DNA of 64,000 nucleotides from Craspedostauros australis. Taxonomy: Eukaryota. The number at the start of each line of letters is the position of its first letter. Within the stretch, counting starts at the first letter, position 1. The stretch covers positions 1 to 64,000 of the forward strand of contig JALAGF010000504.1 of assembly GCA_030167865.1 (NCBI GenBank), written 5' to 3'. The notes below the pieces were generated by a model, which was not told where the DNA came from, made no database searches, and worked only from the letters and a program-made list of their open reading frames with translations. Both the position numbers and the translations under genes were made by a program. Of the stretch, positions 11,066 through 23,653 are shown piece after piece.

Positions 11066-13122
11066 TTATTTGACGTACTCCCAGTTGTTGACCATGATCT
11101 TGGAAACGCACTGCAAGGCATGACGTTGGAGTTCTGGGTTCTCGTGCTCGATAAGCGGCATGACGGCGTCCTTGGCACCGAGTCTCTTGACGATCGCTCT
11201 GCCATTTGGGTAATGGCGGACGAATTCACCGAGATCGTAGCATGCGATGGCTGCAATTTCCTCGTCCCGGCTGGAGAGGAGGGCTATGAGCACCTTGAGG
11301 AGGCGGAAGTCGCCGTCGGTACCCTCGAACGTGCGGGCGTTCTCCTTGAAGAATGCCTCGGTGTGCGTGGATCCCCACTTCAGGTGTCCCGACTCCAATT
11401 CCGTCTTGTACACCTCCCAGCGGCTCATCTCCTTGTAGTTCTCGCTGAGGAGCTTGTGCAAAACCTCGACATCCTCGACGATGTCTGGGTCTGTGAACTG
11501 TCTGTCCTGCAGCAGGGTGATCGCCTTCATGAGTCCTGCTGCCATCATTTCTGTGAGGAAGAACTTGCCGCCGTTGGCTGGGGAGCCAGCTGGTGCTGGG
11601 TCCTCGTCTCCGCTGCAGGTTGCGAGGTTGCGCAGAGCCGAGAGAGCAACACGGACAACCTTCTCACGTGGTGCGGTGGAGACGAGGTCGACCAAGGCGG
11701 ACACGGGCACGTTGTCGCGGGCGAAGTCGGAACGGATGTCGTAAGACGAGTTGAGCTCGTACGTGAGGATCCACATGCAGAAGGCGAGTTCGTAGAGCTG
11801 CTGGACGGAGGCCTGGCCGAACTTCTTATCTCCGCTGGACCTGGTACTCTTTCCGCTGACTCGGAGCTGACGCGCCATGTACTTGATTCCGCTGGTCTTG
11901 CAGAATGTGATGCGGGTCTCGTAGGCGTCCATGAAGACCATGAGGGCAGGGATGCACAATCCGACCAGCGGTCCCGTCGCGTTCTTCAGCTGGCTGACAA
12001 TCCACGCAGTGAGTGCGTCGATGGGGTCAACGGCAGATGCCCAGGACACTGGGCGTGCGGTGTTGGCTGCGGAGGCGGCGGCTTGTGCTGCGCCGTTGCT
12101 TCTCTTGGATGGGCAGGAGGCGATGAGGATCTTTGCGAGGGACATGGAGGCCACCTTCTGCGCGTAAGCATCACCCTTTCCGCCCTTGTTGAGCATGCGG
12201 AGGAGCGCCTTCCACTGCTCAACCAGCACTCCATCCTTTCCGACGTAAAACACGGACGAGACAGTAACGCCAGACACGCCGACTCCCAAGGTTGTGATGA
12301 TCTCGTTCAACTTTGTGAGCGCGTAGTGCGTCACGACTCCAAGCGGGTCAACCTCCAGAGCCTTCATCGCTTGCTCGTCACTGCGCTTTTCGGCGCCGAT
12401 GTTGGATACATGGCCTGTTTTCAGTTGGATCAAATCGTCAGTCGTTTAGTCGGTCAGTCGTTCGGTCAGTTAGCATTGAGTTTCGATCGTTGGGCAAATG
12501 GTTGTCGCATGGCACGTCGGTTGTTTCGTATGATATTCGTGTGGCATTGTTGCGTCCAGCGATTCAGGGCCATTGATCGATGTCATTGTGAATCCGTTTG
12601 ATACAGCGTTGCGTTGCATGTTGCGTTGTTGTGCAGTGTGTGTGTGTGTGTGGTATGAAATGATACATGATGGACAGCGTTCCATCGTATGAAGGGACAT
12701 TGATCATGAGGTGGGGACGTCCCGGGTGTGGAAAGAACGGAGAGCGTTAGATGCGATTCGATCGTCATTTGCATTGGCACATGAGGCGGAATGGAGGCAA
12801 GTTGAATGAGCTCGCATGGTTGTGTCCTGGCCAACTTCCATTCATCATTTCCAACAGGATGCAACATGGTTCGCCAAATGCTGTATCGGTACCCACCTGT
12901 TCCTGCTCCTGCGGCAGATGCTTCGGCCAGAAGCTTGAGGAGAACTCGGGCGTACATGCTGGCATCGCGGGAGTCGGCCAGAGTGTAATCAATGGGGTTG
13001 GTCTCCGCCATGCGCAGGAGCGCGGTTTCCTGCGCGGTGAGACGCAGAGAGCCAAGGGCATCCCATTGGATGTGTGGGAACGCCGAAGCGACTGGTGAGG
13101 TTGGAGCTTGGACGCCGCTCAT
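11066..13122 (-). CDS. ATP6V1H: V-type proton ATPase V1 subunit H
   Basis: complement join(11066..12414,12897..13122), 524 aa. Motifs QQLYELAFCMWILTY, REKVVRVALSALRNL, ELESGHLKW, AIACYDLGEFVRHYPNGR. Confidence 0.95.
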
Positions 13123-13178
13123 TGTGCTTCTTTCACGGGTTGCTTTCGTTCTGCTCTTCCAATAGACACGGGACGGTG

Positions 13179-13216
13179 CGATGTTGGTACGATGTTGGTA
13201 CGATGTTGGTACGATG
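13179..13216. repeat. 11-bp tandem repeat (cgatgttggta) x3.4
   Basis: Three perfect copies plus a partial copy, ~60 nt upstream of the V-ATPase H ATG. Confidence 0.9.
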
Positions 13217-14156
13217 CGAGATGGTTTGATGTTGCGATTGCGTGTGCCAACGTCCGGAAGCAACAGAGAGGAACAAAAAATGACAAAGTGAGATTGCGGA
13301 AACCGCAGCAAAAGCACGGCGAAAGCACTACAAAGACGCGGTAAAGACACGGCAAAAGCACGGGCAGAACAGCGCAACGCGTGCGCGCATTGGGAACGGC
13401 GTAACGGTAGCTCTCCGCAGCCAAACCTGCCGTAACTACCTGCCATGGTGGGGCTACCATCGTTGCGTCGGAAGGCCATCGTCAGCTCACCTTCGATGAT
13501 GTGTTTGACTCAGGCGCAGGTAGAGGCAGTCGTCTTCGTTGCCGCAGTCGTCTTCGTTGTCTCCGTCCTTCGACTCTTCTTCCTTTCCTTTACCTCGCGA
13601 CAAGCAACAGAGACCATCCAACAACACATTCTTGGATTCGCCCAAAGTCACCAACTTCCTCCCCCCATCAAACGAACACGAACAAAACAAAAGCCAACAC
13701 AACCACGACAACAACCACCACGACAACAACAAAGACACAAGGACGAGAAGAAGCCCTGAACAGGGATGTCGAAACGCTTTTGGCGAGTCTGCGCGCGCTC
13801 GCCGTGCTCTCACTCGTCATTCAGCAAAGCGCAGCACGGCATTTCGAGCCGTTAGATTGACCCTTTCGATCACTTCAAGGAATCGTTTTCTGTATGACCA
13901 TTTCGATCAAAATTGGCTCCAAATCGAATCTTGGCGGGACATTCGTGTGGGACAAACAGAGGCAACACGCAACACGCGACAACGCGCATTTTTCCTTTTC
14001 CATCAACAAAGCCAAATGGCAACACACAACACGCGCCAAGAAGCATCACACACAAGGATGAAGCGCGCAACAACATCGATCAACTTTGCACAGAACATTC
14101 CCAAACATTCCACCATTTCCGAGCCAACAAACGCAACAAACGCAACAAGCGCGGAC

Positions 14157-15151
14157 ATGAATGCATCAGAGAATGAAGATGGGGGCGATGGACCCAGCAT
14201 CATCCCCTCGGGAGCGAAAGCCACCAACGGAATGCGGCAGTCGCTATCGCAATTGCAGCAGCTGTTGACCTGTCCCCTCTGCAAGAAGGTGAGGACGATG
14301 CTTGCCACGGTGTATTCCATTCTTTGTTGGATCGGTTCATCTGCATACCGTCTCCCAATCTCAACCCCGCATTCTAATCGTCTTTGCTCACACCATCGTA
14401 TAACACCAACTTAACTTGTTGTCATCTCATACCATATCCTACCTCTCGCATGACAATTCCCACATCGTGCATACACATCGCAACGATACCAACACGCAGA
14501 TGTTCAAGAAGCCGACGACGTTGTCATCCTGCGCGCACTCCTTCTGTGTAGAATGCATCGACGATCACTGCCGTGATGCGTGGGTCTGTCCAGGTGAGAT
14601 CTCCTCTTCGCATCCCCGATGGTGTGGTTGTTTGATTTCGCGGCCCTGCGTGCTGTGGCCTTCGCCACGAAGATCGCGTTTTCTCCATCACAGAACTTGC
14701 CTCCACTCTTCGCACACTCGCACATACACGCAAGTACGACCTGTGTGCGACATTCGAAGCAAGTTGTCAGCGCGGGTATCGCCATGACGAATTACTGTAT
14801 TGTGTAAGACCTGGGTTAGCGTCGCATCACCATTCCCCACATTACACAACACACACAGACGCACGCACACACTCCAATTCGACTCATGCTCGCACTCACA
14901 CGCATCCATTCCTTCACTCATTCTCTCCTTTCTCCCTTCCTGACCCGCACACTTACTTCTGCGTCTTCCGGTCCAAAGTGGAAGGCTGTGGCATGCCAAT
15001 GTCGGTCGTCGGTGGTCACAAGGGGTCCTACCGCAAGATCAACCCGCAGTTGCTTCAGATATGCTCTTCGTTCGAACAAATTTGTCATGCACTCGGCCAG
15101 TCTCCGGATTCATGGTGGAAGCCGGACAACATGGTGCCAGCCACAAGATGA
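14157..15151 (+). CDS. Small C3HC4 RING-finger protein (BARD1/BRCA1-RING-like), ~132 aa
   Basis: join(14157..14288,14500..14593,14979..15151) with GT-AG introns gives LQQLLTCPLCKK-MFKKPTTLSSCAHSFCVECI..WVCP-VEGCGMP..NPQL. In-frame upstream ATGs exist, so the start is uncertain. Confidence 0.8.
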
Positions 15152-16049
15152 CATCAATTGGTGATCTACGCGCGCCAGGATGGCGCGCTATCGATGCATC
15201 TTCTGCGTTCTCGGTTGTGACATGACACAGCAGTATACCAGTATGTATTTGTGTCGCGAATGAGGTCGACTGGATGCATTGGGCATGGCATGGCATGGCA
15301 TGAGATCTCTTCGGCCAAGGTCTCCGTCCATGGCGTATGCACCATACAAGGAACAGGAGTATGTTTAATGTGATGGATGACAAATATGACTATTGAATGG
15401 GACAATGCGGTAGTCTCACTCGCGACCAGAACCCGAGTTGCACCACATCGCTTGTGCATGAGAAAGCAATGGAACGCGTCTCTCAAAGGGACATGATGGT
15501 AGCTACCAACTGCATCATATAATACGTATGATGATATCCACTTGCAACATATAATACCACGTGCATTGCATAGCTGCTCTCTTTTCCTCTAGATCGTATT
15601 GTATCATACCCGTACACCAACGCCAAGTCGATAGTTGCATGTCGGCGATGTTATACCTGACAATGCTTCACTTGTCCCCTCCAGAGAGGGAGAGACACAA
15701 ACCTGGTAGCTTTGCGAACAGCTCCTTCTTCTCTTCTCCCAACAGGAGGCCTGGCCTGACACCAATTGTGTCAAGAAACCAAGATCGGCAAACGTTCCAG
15801 CACAAATCTGCACCGACCAAGGCAGGCACCCATCAAGACCGCAGCACATCAAGAGGCGCCACTCCGGAACAAACTAACTAGTCTGCTCTCCTTCACTGTC
15901 CTGCATTATAGAATACTATCCAACCAATATAAACTGGTACGCCCCACACATTAAGCCATCTACGGAGTAGCATCGCGACATCGTGGCACGGTGGACAACA
16001 CGGATAAGACAGCTGCAATGACGAGACAGACGCGGTGACCACACACAAC

Positions 16050-17123
16050 ATGAGGTTCGAGTCATCCGTCTATCCAATCAAGCGCCCGGCAGGGTCGAAG
16101 ACTCTCCTTCGGAACTACGCCTCAGACCTGAAGGCTCTCGATTCGATAATGATCTTGGTCTCGTCCATAGTCGTCGTCGGAGGCGTCTTCATCGTCCCAT
16201 CCTCAGTGCTCTACGCATTCCGCCGACTTCGCGCGATACCGAAGCACCACACCAAGAAGCGCGCTCTCTACACGGCCCTGCTGCTGTCAGCCATCGCCAT
16301 CGTATACGCTGGTCCACAAAAGACGGAGGCGTTCACGAAGCGCATGAACGTGCACGGGTGGAGGTTGTGGAAGTCATGGCTGAAGTACCTGTCGCTGACG
16401 GTCATACTGGACAGGACCGAATCGCGGATAGACCTGCATCGGCAGCAGCACATCACGGCAATCAGCCCGCACGGCATCATCCCCGTCAGTCTCGGCTTCG
16501 CTGGATTGGGGGATGAAATGAAGCAGATATTCGGAAAGCTGCGCCTTGTTATCGCAACAGCATCATCGGCGGTGCCTTTCATCAGCGACATCGTCAGCTG
16601 GGTCGGGAGCGTCGATGCGTCGCATGGGGCCATCGACAGATCCATGAGGCACGGTACCAATCTTGCGATTGCGCCCGGTGGAATCGCAGAGATGTTCGAG
16701 GGTTTCCCCAAGGAGCTGCGCCATCCCAACGAGGAGGTCATCATCGCGAGGAAGGGCATCATGCGCATGGCGATCCGGCACGGCGTGCCCATCGTCCCCG
16801 TCTTCTGCTTCGGCAGCTCACGATTGCTGAAACGCCTGCAGCTGCCGAACTGGATCGAGCAGCTTTCGCTGATGTTGCGTGCGAGTTTCGTTGTCTTCTT
16901 CGGTCGTTGCGGTCTGCCAATACCATTTCAACAACGCTTTCTCTACGTCATGGGCGAGCCAATCGCGCCGCCCTCCATCCCAGCGCCTGATATGTTGGAC
17001 GCAGCAACCCTGAACAAGCATGCTGCAGAGATGCGTGAGAGGTTCTGCGAGGAAATGGTCCGTGTGTTTGATCGGTACAAGGAGTCATACGGATGGCACA
17101 ACAAGCATCTCGTCATCCTGTGA
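16050..17123 (+). CDS. DGAT2: Diacylglycerol/monoacylglycerol acyltransferase type 2
   Basis: Two N-terminal hydrophobic segments, SPHG, APGGIAEMF, RKGIMRMAIRHGVPIVPVFCFG, GLPIP and VMGEPI motifs. First in-frame ATG is 16050. Confidence 0.92.
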   Translation: MRFESSVYPIKRPAGSKTLLRNYASDLKALDSIMILVSSIVVVGGVFIVPSSVLYAFRRLRAIPKHHTKKRALYTALLLSAIAIVYAGPQKTEAFTKRMNVHGWRLWKSWLKYLSLTVILDRTESRIDLHRQQHITAISPHGIIPVSLGFAGLGDEMKQIFGKLRLVIATASSAVPFISDIVSWVGSVDASHGAIDRSMRHGTNLAIAPGGIAEMFEGFPKELRHPNEEVIIARKGIMRMAIRHGVPIVPVFCFGSSRLLKRLQLPNWIEQLSLMLRASFVVFFGRCGLPIPFQQRFLYVMGEPIAPPSIPAPDMLDAATLNKHAAEMRERFCEEMVRVFDRYKESYGWHNKHLVIL

Positions 17124-17935
17124 TTATGGTGTGATTTAATGGAATGGGATGAGATGCTGCGAAGGCAACCTTGATTGGGAGAAGGAGGTCGTGAGGCATG
17201 TGGCCGCGGCAAGAGATTCAAATGGAGCAATGCAATGCATCAAAAGGAGATCGACACCAACGGGCTGCCATCCAACGTATGTTTGCAGAGCAAAGTGGCG
17301 GCGTACTCCACGGATATGCAGCACGAGTGTCAACTCTACTCTAAACATTTGTCCACTGGATTGTACGAGTACGAGCTATTACAATATACTATCAATGCTG
17401 TGCCAAAAATGAATGCCTGGGATCAGACGCAAATACCAGCCCTATATGTCGCCGAATGCCTTCGCACCGAGTAGGTCTATTTGCCACTCCATTACATGCA
17501 CTACTGGTATACCATGCCATATCGTGCCATGCCATTGCAGGGCAGTACAGCCCGCTGTGGCGCGAGCCAGGAGGACGCACAAGTTAGGAACGCTGGAAAG
17601 TGTTCACTTGACTCTCAAGAGTACTTCATCTCTCTGTCTATCCCTGTCTATCTATCTATCTATCTCGAGAGAATCGTTGAAACCGTGGCTCGTAGCCTTT
17701 CAGAGCGAAAAGACTGGATGTCCATCCGTCGCCCGTCATCGTTTTGACAGCAAGTCAGAAACTATGACTCACTGGACCGAATTCAAAAACAAAGAGGTGA
17801 TTCCACAACAGCAAAGAACGCCACTGTTTGGTCTTACCCGTTACGAGATACTATCCGAATCAGACAACGACGACACAGAGGTTGCCGTTCTGCCCGATTG
17901 TGTTGACCGCAACAGCACAACAACAACGATTCAAG

Positions 17936-18487
17936 ATGGTATGTCGACGATGGCGGAGAGCAGCGGGCACCGCAGCAGTGCAACAGTGACGACGATGATG
18001 GGGAGAAGACAGTTGCGGAGACTCGCCTTCGTTCGCGTGGAGGCATGGCCCTCCGTTGGCCAAGTATGTTGGGTTGTTTGACGCCATCTTGCAGACGAAC
18101 GATTGGCGCGGAGCCTTCATCTGGTGGGGGCATGACACCAACAGCGGACATGGGAATGCGCACCATGGGACAGGTCCAAACAATGATGACGGCTTCTCCG
18201 CATCCAGCAGATTCGCCATAGCCAGCGATCAACTCACCAACCCTTTCACACCGTCGTGACTTGCGCTTCTTTGATGCTTCGACACCATGATGATTTGACA
18301 AACATTCTTGTGATTCCTGACATAACAACAACAGCCGTCCCAAAAGACCTTCCGCACCAAGCGTACTCTTGCTAAGAAGCAGAGACAGAACCGTCCCCTG
18401 CCACACTGGGTTCGTCTGCGCACAGACAACAAGATCAAATGGAACGCCAAGAGACGCCACTGGCGCCGCACCAAGCTCGGTCTGTAA
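17936..18487 (+). CDS. RPL39: 60S ribosomal protein L39 (eL39)
   Basis: join(17936..17938,18335..18487): ATG|gtatgt ... acag|[50 protein letters not shown], 51 aa. Not in the ORF track. Confidence 0.95.
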
Positions 18488-19993
18488 GCGCCGTGGTTGC
18501 GATTGGACGGGCACGAGCACCATCCAACCGAAGACTAGTATAGCACCACCGATAAAGCAATGAACGTGCCTCGACTTCGCGCGAGACGGCGATATGATGT
18601 GCATCTGGCTGGGCAAAGATCCAGGCCGATGAACCCTCGTCGCTTTCACATCCTCCTGTGGCAGTAAACACTACAATAGACGACCAAACTTACACCCCCT
18701 CGCAAAGCCTTCAATATGCGTGCATACCGTAGCGTGGTTGCCAAGTGCATTCCTCTGTGGCAGGTTGATCAAACTGCGCAAAGGAACACGAGTTGCTGTG
18801 CTTCAACTCAGTAGAAGCAGACGATGTTTTGCCTGCGCGAGCCATGCACCCAAATCACGTTCCATGCTGAGCTTGTGCGGCGACTCAGCCTCTTGTGTCG
18901 TGCTGGGTACGGCGTGACATACTCGTACTGTCTCTTTTCTGAGATTGTTCCGTCACTATTCTTTGTTTCTGTGAACAGCCACGACGATGTGAATAGAACA
19001 TGTTGGTGCGTTTGACCTGATAGCCGTACACATGGGGTAGGTCATGGAAGTACTCGTATCATGCTTGCTTACGCTCGCTCTTGAATGGTAAAGAGCAACC
19101 ACCGTAGATTCCCATTCGCTGCTCTCCTCCAGGCCGAAATGATCAGAGCGTTAGTAACGTGGATGGACGGAGGAGGGCGCTGCATGGCGTGTTGCTCAGG
19201 CCAGCTCCATCAAAGCCAGTGAGAAAAGTTGTTGTGGAGAAGTCACGAGGAGCAGCTTTGTTGAACAACGTCCATCACGAAGATCGCGCAGCGTTCAATG
19301 GAGCAGAGCAGAGTACATGCATGCGTACTGACTTGCTCCGGTTGCTTGCTGGCGAAGTGGCCTGCTGCGGTGATCGATGCACACACCCAGTTTTGATCCT
19401 CTGAGCATCAGACAAGGAAGAGTGTGCCCGTCGTCTCCTTCGTGTGCAGAGTGCTTCATTCTGCTCCGGAGGATGTGAGCTTGCCAGTAGTCGTACAGGC
19501 GTTCTTCTTCCGATACACTGTGTATCCGTGGATACCAACCTCAAAGACTGCAGCCAAAAGACCTCTGAACAACAATCGAAGGATGGAAGGGGGCAAGGCC
19601 ACGTGATGACATGACACAGCGGAACGCACGGCTTTGGGGAGCCTTCTTTCTTGCACGAGCTATGTCAGGGCGTGTATAGTAGTACGAAGATGGTGGAGTG
19701 CGAGGGATGTCGGAAGTGCTGTTCGCGAACCTCAAAATGTGAGCGTGAATGAACCCAATGCTTCCCTCACGCAATGCACCAGCCGCAAGCATTCCTACTC
19801 TTCAGGCGAAAGAACACAACAGTGCGCTTGCGAGATATAATATAATAATTGGGTGGCGAAAGATCGATTCTATCATGTACTTATACGAACTCGTTTGTGT
19901 ATCGATCGCGATCTTTCGTCTGGTCCTGCCTCACGGCAGGCATGCCAAGGAGCGATGAGCAGACACACTGTCATGCACCATCGTGCTAGCAAA

Positions 19994-20309
19994 TTAGTAT
20001 TCGAGGAAGACTCCGATGACTGGGTTGCCCTCGATCTGCTCGTGCATCATAAGTCTGTTGGTTGGTGCGCGAGGGTGATTGAATAGTTGTTCGTGTGGTT
20101 GTCGTTGTAGTTGTTGCGATGGTGGTGCGTGCGTACCAAGGAGAGCGTCAGTTTGAAAGAGGAAGGACGGAGACAGAAAGCAGAAGTGGAATGTTAGAAG
20201 TTTGTTGGTTGTTGTACCAATACAACGAGTATCATGCACATACGTGCTCCGAACATACAACGTAGCAACGAATGGTAGAGACCTGCGAGTGGCGCCACAC
20301 TGTACTCAC

Positions 20310-20344
<35 letters not shown>

Positions 20345-20860
20345 GAGCTCGATTCCACGCTTGCGGGTCTGGGTCTTTGGGCCAAAGTCATCCCATCCGA
20401 AGTCGAATCCGTTGCGGAAGTCTCCTGGGAACTCGCCGTTGCCGGTGACGTCCTTCATGACGAAGAGCTCGAGGAGTCCGACGAAGAGGAAGATCTGTCC
20501 GAGTCCGGCCTGTGGGATGGCGTCTGGGCCGGAGATGGCGGCGAGGCCATCTGGGTAGGAGTCGAAGGAGTTGCCCTCGAGGTCGATGCTTCCTGGAAGG
20601 TGGATTCCGGCGCGGGTGACGATCTGTCCGAGGAAGGCAAGCATGGAGATGCGTCCGTGCTTGAGCTCGACGTATCGGAGGCGGTTGAACTTGGCCTCGT
20701 CACCATCGGCGACAAGTCCGAGTGGATCGTAGAAGCCCAATGGGTCCTGGGCACCGAGCTCCTGCTCGAAGGCGTTGACGGCCGAAGAGCGGGAGACCTG
20801 GCTGGCTGGGGCGAAGGCAGCAGCCGAGGCGATGAGGGAGGCGAGGAGTGGAAGCTTCAT
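19994..20860 (-). CDS. LHCF: Fucoxanthin-chlorophyll a/c light-harvesting protein (Lhcf)
   Basis: complement join(19994..20054,20310..20860), 203 aa. ASAAAFAP presequence, GFYDPLGL, ELKHGRISM, ELNNGRAAMMGILGLMMHE. Confidence 0.97.
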
Positions 20861-21493
20861 GTTGACTGTATTTGCTGCTTGACGTTTGGATTTGTGACTG
20901 GTTGTGGGTACAGGTTGCTTGAGGCCGTTGTTGGGTTCGGATGTGTTTCGCCACAGCAACAGAGAGGCGACCAGAGCAGGTACGTGCGAGCACAACACCA
21001 ACCCAAGGCAACAGCAACGATTCCGACAACACAACAACGCTGGAAGCCAACCAAAAGGCAGGGGAGAACGAAAGATGTTCTGCCATTCTGGCCATGTTGC
21101 TCTTTGCATGCCACAGTGGCGATCTTTTGTTGAAGAAACTCAACTTCGTACGACGTCCAGACCGTATCTTCTGTCACTCGATTCCGTCGACGGACAGGGA
21201 ATTCCATTCTGTCTTGTCGAACGAGAATGGGTTCCGGCACCAACATCGACGTCAACACAGACGTGACCATGGCAAAGATCTTTGGTCGCCATCGTCAACA
21301 AGCGTGCCGAGCCGCCGATCCAGAAGAGAGCAGGCAACAGCAACAGCAACATCAAAAGCATCACCAGCTGCTGCTGCTGCTGCGAAATTGATACGGAGGG
21401 TTTGAAGAGCAGGACCGTTGTTGCAGACGGAGTCGACGACATACCCTCTTCTGGAGTGCTGACAGACACTTTGCTGCGAAGTTAGACAGAAGG
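20861..21493. promoter_or_regulatory. Putative bidirectional promoter LHCF / plastid GNAT
   Basis: 633 bp between divergent start codons; contains the gccac-a-gtggc palindrome at 21110-21120. Confidence 0.55.
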
Positions 21494-22830
21494 ATGCGAT
21501 CCGTTCCAACACTCGGAAGTTTGGTGGCGGCGGCCTGTGTGCTCGGCACTCGCGTGCACACCGCGTCGGCATTTGCCATCACACATCACGGCCGTGTCCA
21601 TGTCCATGTCCATGTCCATGGTGGGCCAACTCAGGGTGGCGTGACTGCCAGCACGGGTGCTGTTGCGAGAACCCACTCCACATCATTGTCGCCATCGTCA
21701 TTGTCGTCCGCGGCGTCCGCAGAAGTCGAGACTGCCGTCGTGACGGGCGGTGAAGATGATCCTCGGGTGCTGGACGTTGCAGCGTTCCGCAATGGTTGCA
21801 TCAACCCCGAGATGATAGTGGCGAGGGCCGAAGAGAAGAATGCTGCCGTGGACAAGTCCGAGGCTGCTCTCAACGGCATGAAGACTGGCGCTTTGTACAT
21901 CGGCCCTGTCATTGCTGCGGGAACGTATCTTCAGAATAGCGATCCGATGATGGCAGCATCCAATTACGGTGAGTTGGACGGAACACAAAATGTTGTTGCA
22001 CGACAGTGTGGCGATGCGACGGTGTTGACAGATCGATGCATCTCTTTCACGCTGCGCACTTGGATGCATCAGACCTTTCCGATCGAAGATTGATGGACTG
22101 ATGGACTGATTGAGTGATTGAGTGAAGCCTCCTTGTACGCGCCGCGACGTACAGCACCACAGTGCCTTCCAACACTCATCTCATTCCGCTTCCCTGCTCG
22201 CACAATGTGTGTAATACGCTCTGACGACACGCGTCATGGCTTTTCATCCATTCAACTGCTCTACGACGCGACGTGGAAATTGTATCCCAACGATATGTAC
22301 TGGATGCGACGGAAACAGCTCTCTTTGGCTTCGGAGTTGGAGCCTTGCTGGCAGGCAACAGCTTGCTGGGAAAGAGCGTGCACATCCCGACCTTGCCAGA
22401 AGCAAAGAACCGCATCATCGTCGATTACTCCGAGGGATTGCTGCGGCAGCAGGATATCGGCGTGGTGGCGCTGTCGGAGGATGACCAATTCGAACCATGT
22501 GGCGGAGTGATGGGCGCCGTGGACATCCAGCTGCGCAACTCGCCCAACTCCCGCCCAGGCGTGCGACAGATCGCCAACTATCCATCGCACTTGCACATCA
22601 AGAATATGTCCGTCGAGGAAGGCCAGCGAGGCAAGGGTGTGGGAACGGCGCTGATGCAATGCATCGAGAAATACGCCAAGGAATCGACGGATGCCGAGAT
22701 GCTCACCTTGGAAGTGCGTCAGGACAACCCCACGGCCGTAAGGCTTTACCTCAAATGTGGCTTCATGGAGCGAGAGAATCCCCAGAAGATGCGCGTTGGA
22801 AACATGTTCATGGTCAAAGAGCTTTCGTAA
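21494..22830 (+). CDS. Putative plastid-targeted GNAT N-acetyltransferase with hydrophobic segments
   Basis: join(21494..21968,22319..22830). Signal peptide ending ASA-F, acetyl-CoA motif QRGKGVG, and LTLEV..DNPTAVRLYLKCGF. Confidence 0.88.
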
Positions 22831-23653
22831 ATCTACATACGAGTACGAGTACAGGCGCGCCGGGCGCTCCTCTGACGCTGCTCCCACTCCTCGTGGTTGT
22901 TCGACACTTGCACAAACCACAGGCCTGCACATGGGGTAGCAAACTGCTCTGCACCAAAGCACAGCCAGAACAGTGGAGGGCGTGCATGAAGCAAAACAAT
23001 ACCATACACTTTCGCGGTAGACGCCGCATGCTGTACTCATACGGCGTTATTGACATGCCGTGTCATTCATAGTATGGGTGTGGAGCACCCTAAATCTCCT
23101 CAATGCTACTATTATTCTATTGCGCTAGATGAGACCAAAATATGGTGTTGTATACTTGCTATGCAAGTATCTGTATGCATAATAGATCACTCTATGTGCA
23201 GTGCCCCCAGGAAGTACGTTTAGTATGCATGGTGACGATCATGCTCTGTCCTCTTCCTGCATACTCCACACGCACACGGCCGCTCGTTTCCAACATTCGT
23301 TGTTGCGCTCGTAGACTCGTGACGGAAGACAAGAGAATCATTTTGCGTCAACGTCTGGCCGTCTTCGGTATCGAAAGACGAGGGGACAACCAACGAACAC
23401 ATCAACAGAAACAACAAGGAAGAGAAGAACACGTGTCGACCAAAGCAATGGAAGAAACGAAAAGAACTCGAAACCGTTGAGCGTCACCACGACAGATCAC
23501 AACAGATCGTGACACAAAACAAATTGGCGGCAGACAAGCAAAAGCAAGAAGCAACCGCACCACCACTACGACTATTCAACGATTGGGTTCACTTTCTGAA
23601 AGAAGACAACGTTGGACCCATCGTACTGTAATAGTATAACAGTCGACGCCAGG

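Noticed and set aside
11120-12601. Long antisense ORFs (493 aa here; also 30936-32390, 50683-52500, 59144-60145, 7706-8650)
   Set aside because: Shadows of real genes with C/G-ending codon bias; no recognisable motifs.
18182-18320. Possible box C/D snoRNA in the RPL39 intron (ATGATGA ... CTGA)
   Set aside because: The CTGA coincides with the likely branch point ~15 nt from the acceptor; no terminal stem or recognisable rRNA guide.
18500-19990. Short ORFs between RPL39 and LHCF
   Set aside because: No motifs, codon bias or consistent splice pattern; treated as convergent intergenic DNA.
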